From Alloascoidea hylecoeti (lineage: Eukaryota): a stretch of 64,000 nucleotides of DNA. The notes under the pieces were generated by a model. It did not search any database, had not been told where the DNA came from, and saw nothing but the letters and a program-made list of their open reading frames with translations. The position numbers and the translations under genes were made by a program. The stretch is from NCBI GenBank assembly GCA_001600815.1, contig BCKZ01000025.1:62001-126000 (forward strand), given 5' to 3'. Positions 58,221 through 64,000 of this stretch are shown one piece after another; within the stretch, counting starts at the first letter, position 1; each line of letters starts with the position of its first letter.

Positions 58221-59901
58221 AACAAACTTACTCTATACAATTTTAAAGTTTTAAAGACAAGCATATGCCTATGCACGCATTCTAATTATTATAACTTCCA
58301 ATTAATTAGATCTATGGCCTATATCTATATATTGGTACTCACTACTTACTACTCAGTAAAAAATATCAAGACAGAACAAATTATTTAAAGAAATATGGGC
58401 ATTGGAATTTATCTAAGAAATTAATCGTGAATCACGATGTATAGCTATAGTGGGTTTAATATTTAATTCTATGCATCAGACATTATAATTAACAGAGTTA
58501 TTGCTCTTACCATATTACATAGTTGGTAGAACAATTACGTTCTAACTTTATCTAAAACTTGCAGACTTTAAATTGAGTGTTAACTATATAACTATATAGA
58601 CTTATAGGTGGACAGTACAGTATAACCTATAGCTACCTAAACTAAATTTAGTGTTGAATAGTTGAAATCGATTTTTAAATTCTTACTCATAATCTAGCTG
58701 TAGCTATTCTAATTATACCTCTCTATTAATATTTATAGCTATATTTATAATATATATATATATATATACATCATTCAATTGAAATTATTAGATAAAACAG
58801 ATAAATATAGCTTATATTAATAAAGGTATATCCTAGTTCGTATACGCACATATTGGTAATAGATTCTGTCTCATTTTGGACTCATTCCTCTTTTCTTAAC
58901 GTAAGTATGTATTAATATTATTATTATCTAAAACTAAACATATTGCAATAAAAACTACACATCTTATATCAAATAATTCAAGTAATCGTATTACTGTATT
59001 AAATCCAACTATAATCATAAACTTTAGACCATTTCGATCTCATTTTGAAACAAATACATGATACTTGCTTATATATCTATGTGACAGTTACTACCGAGGA
59101 TGGAATACATTACTTTAATCCCTTTGTAAAGCCCCAAACATTGTGGAAAAAGAATGGTTAAAATTGGTATTAATTTCCGAAATAAAAATTCACTGCTCTG
59201 TAAAATTTCTGGAGTTGGCCCAGATCTTGTTGTTACAACATAAGCTTATAGGTAAAATACGAAGATTTTCATCATTGTAATTTCGCATGTAGTATATAAG
59301 TTCATGTCGTTATAGTAAAATCAATTGATATATAGTTATTCCGCTTAACTTATCTCTTCTATTTTTTTAAGTTTATATTTTGATATTGTTATATGGATAT
59401 CTAACAATAAATGTCAAAAAGAAGGATTGTTATGTGCTCAAACTAGTCCATAATTAGTGAACTGATGGTAAGTGCGTGCGAAAATATGCGTTATCTAACA
59501 GTATCATTCCCATCCTTGTACTGAAGGGTTATGTCCGTAACACCGAGCATTATTATACAATTTAGCTATGAAGAAGAAATAGAATTACGAGAACTTCACA
59601 AAAGGTATAGATATAATATTATAACTCTAAAGCATAATTATGTTTGCGCTACTATTATTACTGTAAGTATATACCTTTTAATAATTGAGTACGTTAATAT
59701 ATCTTATTCCAAAAATTTAAAGAAAAAGATATTAGAAATCCTAAATATCAATAGAAAATTGAAAAATATGCTTCACATAATAAAACTATAATGAATATTT
59801 GTTACTTCTGCACGTGAGTTATGGTCATTTATTAGAGTTATTCAATATGCAAATATTAGGTTTAAAGAATTCCATGGGGCCTGAAACTTGTTGCAATTGA
59901 C

Positions 59902-60620
59902 TTAATCCAGATCATTGACAAGAGAGACAACCATATTATACAAGTAGTAAAAGAATAATAGTAGATAGAGACCTAATTTTGCCATGCTTTCATTCTTATG
60001 TTTTCCTAATGTTCTGAATATCTCAGTTGCATCTAACAGATATAAATTGTTGTAAATTTTATTGGCATTATAGAAAAGAATAGGTAAGTTGATGAGAAAA
60101 GTCCACCAGAACCCATTTACTAAAAACAGAAGCGTAAGAAAGGCTTGTAAAGCAGCCTCGGGGAGGATATACTAAAGCTCGAAATGTTAAACAACCAGTC
60201 ATATATAGCACATTTGTAACAAATAACAATTATAACTTACGCTGTTTAGCCTATTGCATAAATCAATTGGGTTAATATAATCTACGGATGTTAGAATATA
60301 ATTGATCAGCAAATTTAACAATCTACTAGATGTGGCACTTTAATCATTAAGATTGACAGTCACATTTCCTTTAAAAACATACCGCATTCTATATTCACAA
60401 TTGGTTAGTGTACTTCAGATATAAGACAGAAAAGTCAACAACCGAGACATCTAAAACATACCCAGATCACTATACATGATAGTGAAGAACACCTGTAGAA
60501 AGAGATTTCCAAAGTTCGCTACCAGGGAGAAAATGAACACTCTGTTTTACTCTGATGTTAGTTGTTATCACAATCATTTCAGATAACCTCAATTGTCACA
60601 TACGTAGAAGCAGTCGACAT
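59902..60620 (-). CDS. ERV14: Cornichon-family ER cargo receptor Erv14; exons 60620-60604, 60541-60462, 60388-60383, 60281-60241, 60171-59902
   Basis: Spliced product [76 protein letters not shown]; four GTATGT/GTAAGT..YAG introns. Confidence 0.95.
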
Positions 60621-60750
60621 CTTTGTAAATTGGTGGACACTGTTAAAAAAGATAGACGAAAACATGAGTGTTTGATTTATTTACAATCGGTATTTACCCG
60701 GCCTTACACATAATAGATTTCATCTTCTACCTAATATTATAAATATCTTT

Positions 60751-62349
60751 ATGCCCTCTTTAGCCGCAACCTCAGCAGTACGTTTAGACCCAATGATAGA
60801 TATATTTTCAATTGGAATATTAACTTGATTTTACAGTGTTTTGCTTGTGTGGCCATATGTGCCCCACTTTCATTCCTTTTAATTGATTATTTCGCCACAG
60901 AAAGAAATAATAAGAGGTGAGAATATAATCCACTTGACAATACCTTTGATACCTAATCTGACTCTAATATCATGTTTATTTTAAACTATCAGGCTGATTG
61001 AGACCCTTAAACTTATAGAAGCAGGGGCCATTAAACCTTTAAAAGTCGAGAAGAAGCACAACTCTAAGAAGAAAAATGAAATTTACAAAAAATTACGCGA
61101 AGAACATCCCACTGATCCTAATATCGATGACCAAATAATGAAACTGGTTTATTATCTTGCCTCTGATGTTGCTTCAACTGCTGGGTTTAGGCATATCGGT
61201 GTTTTATGTAATGTTTGTGGTGCACAAGTTAATGGAACGCGATATAGAGATGTTAATGAGGTAGATTTTGATTTGTGCCGACTATGTTATGAAGCTGGTC
61301 GATATGATCCTACTCATGTCATGGAAGTTATTGATATACCATTACCTTTAGGAAAATCTCCATTATGGTACCTTCACCCATGGAATATACCTTCTATAAA
61401 AATTGATCCATCTTTATTTGATCATGTACCTGAGGATATAATGGAGAATTTTGATGATTTAGAGATAATTTCTACAAATTCTTATGATAGAATATACGCT
61501 ATTTATAAATTTTTCTTAACTATTGCAGATATTGAATTAGATGATCGAGCTTTTAAAAAATTCAATACAAAGTTAAAATATGCTTTATCACTTGAACGGT
61601 TAAAAGAATATATTGAACCTCGACTTGCTAAAAAAACTCCTTATGATTTCTCAGTTGAAGCGATTGCTTTATTGGCTGATCGACAAAACCGAGCAATGAT
61701 TACTTTTGAAGATTTCTATATAACGATGCAAGATACTTATGAAGTATATGATACCAGATTTAGAAGTAATCAATCAAAAAATCATCATATGCTTAATAGA
61801 TTTATGGAAAATTTATGCAGAGTACTTGAAAATATGTTTAATCATCCTGAAACTAATCGTATTTTTAGACGAAGGGAATTATTATCGTTTATAAAAGGTA
61901 CATATGTGATTTTTAAGTCTAGGTTACTTGATAAGGATAATAATCAAGAATTAAAAGCATTATCAAATCTAGAATTTTTCTCATCGGTTCAAAGACCTAT
62001 TGGTGTTGCTTTATCACAACAGTTGGAAAATGATAATCCATTATCTATTATGCAAACATCTAGCAACTTAAAAAAGAGAGCAAAATTAGGCATTAATGAT
62101 ATCAGGCGCGATAAAGATGCAGCGAACCCTAGAGAACAACAACCGTATGGTACAAATCAATTATCTAAAGAGGTTTTATCATCTTTGAATGGACTGGATG
62201 AATTTTTTGAAGAAGTTTTATCATATATTGAAGTATACTTACTTAAGGATGAAGAGTTAGATATGCCGATTGATGAAATTAGTCCCTCAATTAAAATATT
62301 TCTGCAACAGTTAGTATCTTCTGTATTAACAGGAACTATACAAACTTAG
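60751..62349 (+). CDS. Protein with an N-terminal hydrophobic segment, a degenerate ZZ zinc finger and an EF-hand-like region; predicted exons 60751-60777, 60837-60916, 60993-62349
   Basis: HIGVLCNVCG..GTRYRDVNEVDFDLCRLC..THVM; ADRQNRAMITFEDF EF-hand-like. Introns GTACGT..CAG and GTGAGA..CAG keep frame; the 5' exons are less certain. Confidence 0.7.
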
Positions 62350-62659
62350 ATTTTAAAAGTAACTATAATTATGATCATCATATTCTTTTTGCTTTACTTT
62401 TATATAAGTGTATATGCTGTATTCTAACTAAAAGTTTTCAATAAATGTAGCGATTATAGAGATCTGTATACGATGTCATCATTTTCAAGTATTTATAATA
62501 CTTTTAAATAAAGTAAATACTAGCATCACAATTTTATCCATTCAATAGGAACGTACCTGAACTATTTTACCCGGACACAAAGCCGGTGGATCGGATGTTT
62601 AACCAATTGAATAGTCCTCCACTCCCAGTTCTTCGATTTCTTTCAAACTATCAGTCGAA

Positions 62660-63297
62660 ATGTTACCCCAAGTTTTAAAACAAACAGCCGTAAGTATTTG
62701 AAATACATTGTTTACTTTTATATTCCTAAATATCGATATCCTCAGATTTAATTGAGAATTTTTTCGGAGGAAATTTGGTTTTGTAAAAGTTATTGAGATC
62801 TCGACGAATCAGAATAGACTTTTTTTCCACCACGGAATTTGATATAACTAGATACTAATTCTTTATTATTATTAATAGCGTACTACTTTGAGAGCTAACA
62901 CTAGAGCCTTTTCAGCTGTTTCTTTCCGTTCAAGTATGTTACTTTTTTTTTTCTTCCGTCGACTTTATTTTCTAGTCAATCCATCATCAAATATGTTTTC
63001 TTCAATAACCGACTAACTCGGGTATTATCTTTAGACTTACTCCAAGATGTTTACATTAGGGAATTGAAAAACTACAAGCCTCAACCAATTAGTGCTAATG
63101 ATTCTAAGGGTAATGTTATTCCATGGGCTGTTCCAACTGCTCCTCAACCACCAAAATTAGAAGCTGAAACAACTGAAGATTTGGACGCATACAAAACTTC
63201 AGCCGTTGAAGTTGAAGTTGCTGCTGCCGAAGGTGAAACATCAACCGAAAACCCAGATGACTGGTTTGTATTAGAAGAAATTCACGATTCTCATTAA
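62660..63297 (+). CDS. ATP14: Mitochondrial ATP synthase subunit h; exons 62660-62689, 62879-62933, 63035-63297
   Basis: Presequence MLPQVLKQTARTTLRANTRAFS, then NLLQDVYIRELKNYKP, W..PTAPQPP, DDWFV. Confidence 0.92.
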
Positions 63298-63593
63298 ATA
63301 ATCAAATAAGCTGGATAAAATTCGTTCTAATGTTTTGTTATATTAGCATAGAGATAATTTACATTGAATGAATAATAAAGTTGAATTAAATTATACTCGA
63401 TATATTAGTAACTTTCAAGTAGTGGGTGACAGTTTATAAAAAAAAAAAAAAAACGTATTGTTATAAGTTCAACCTTTTCCCTTAAACAACAAAAATAGGC
63501 CTCCCGTAATCAAACATATGACATATGATGTTTATACAGACCGGCTAGCATTTATCAATTCCACTTATGATATTCAATAACGTATGTATTGGT

Positions 63594-64000
63594 TTAATCA
63601 TTATTAGCTACCATACTCTGGTAACGAGAAGTAACAGTAGTTTCTAAAGACACATCTTCCAATTGAATAAATCCAGTAATTCTTTCTGAATAAGATGGGC
63701 TGCGATCTTCTTCAATTAACTCTAATGTATTACTCTTTGAAAGATATAACCAGTTCTTTAATCTAAGGACAAAACAAGTTCCATTAGGGTATAATCCGAG
63801 AATTCTAAATCTATCACCTTCTTGGATATCTAATTCATCTTCAGACCTTGCCATTCTATTAGATACAGCAACCACGAGTTTTCCAGGTGCAATTTTCTTG
63901 GTATTATTATAAGGATCAAGAACATAATCTAGCCCACTATATCCAGGGAAACTATCGGTCAGTTTTTTCAAAAGAACGGTATCATAGGCATCGCTATCCG
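63594..64000 (-). CDS. 3' end of a gene with a divergent C-terminal SH3 domain (5' end outside the window)
   Basis: Frame open to the window edge; VVAVSNRMARSEDELDIQEGDRFRIL..GFIQL SH3-like. Confidence 0.65.
   Translation of the reverse strand, partial: DSDAYDTVLLKKLTDSFPGYSGLDYVLDPYNNTKKIAPGKLVVAVSNRMARSEDELDIQEGDRFRILGLYPNGTCFVLRLKNWLYLSKSNTLELIEEDRSPSYSERITGFIQLEDVSLETTVTSRYQSMVANND

Noticed and set aside
59531..59791. Short ORFs in intergenic DNA (also 25991-26203, 27864-28067, 41312-41560, 58197-58388)
   Set aside because: No recognisable motifs, low-complexity AT-driven composition, lengths expected by chance.

Overview
AT-rich, intron-containing fungal genomic DNA, most consistent with an early-branching Saccharomycotina yeast. 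CTG falls at conserved Leu positions, so the code appears standard. About 27 protein-coding genes are present: GGA2, EAF1, a CCCH/Smr-like protein, PEX30-like, BCP1, CDC40/PRP17, a divergent CAF40/RCD1-like gene, RPT5, a BTB protein, SEM1, RPO31/RPC1, a secreted class-3 lipase, a FAS1 protein, MLH2-like, POM152, a 755-aa orphan, SMF/Nramp, RSC58-like, SAS2, an atypical epsin, PSG1-like, SEN15, SAM37, ERV14 (5 exons including a 6-nt microexon, absent from the ORF track), a ZZ-finger protein, ATP14 and a partial SH3 gene. The most striking signal is a sharp ~1 kb GC peak running through the coding sequence of PEX30 and BCP1. It is centred on an 82-bp intergenic array of 11-bp-phased ATGACT(C/A)A units next to a six-tract G-quadruplex motif, and a weaker second peak lies at SEM1/RPO31. 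Other notable items: a decayed tandem copy of the EAF1 3' end, a Tc1/mariner transposase fossil, a TTA-flanked PIF/Harbinger-like MITE candidate, and an ~860-bp foldback made of copies of an unknown coding-like repeat within a 5.6-kb gene-free region. Exon boundaries were read by eye, and gene names come from recalled family motifs, not database searches.
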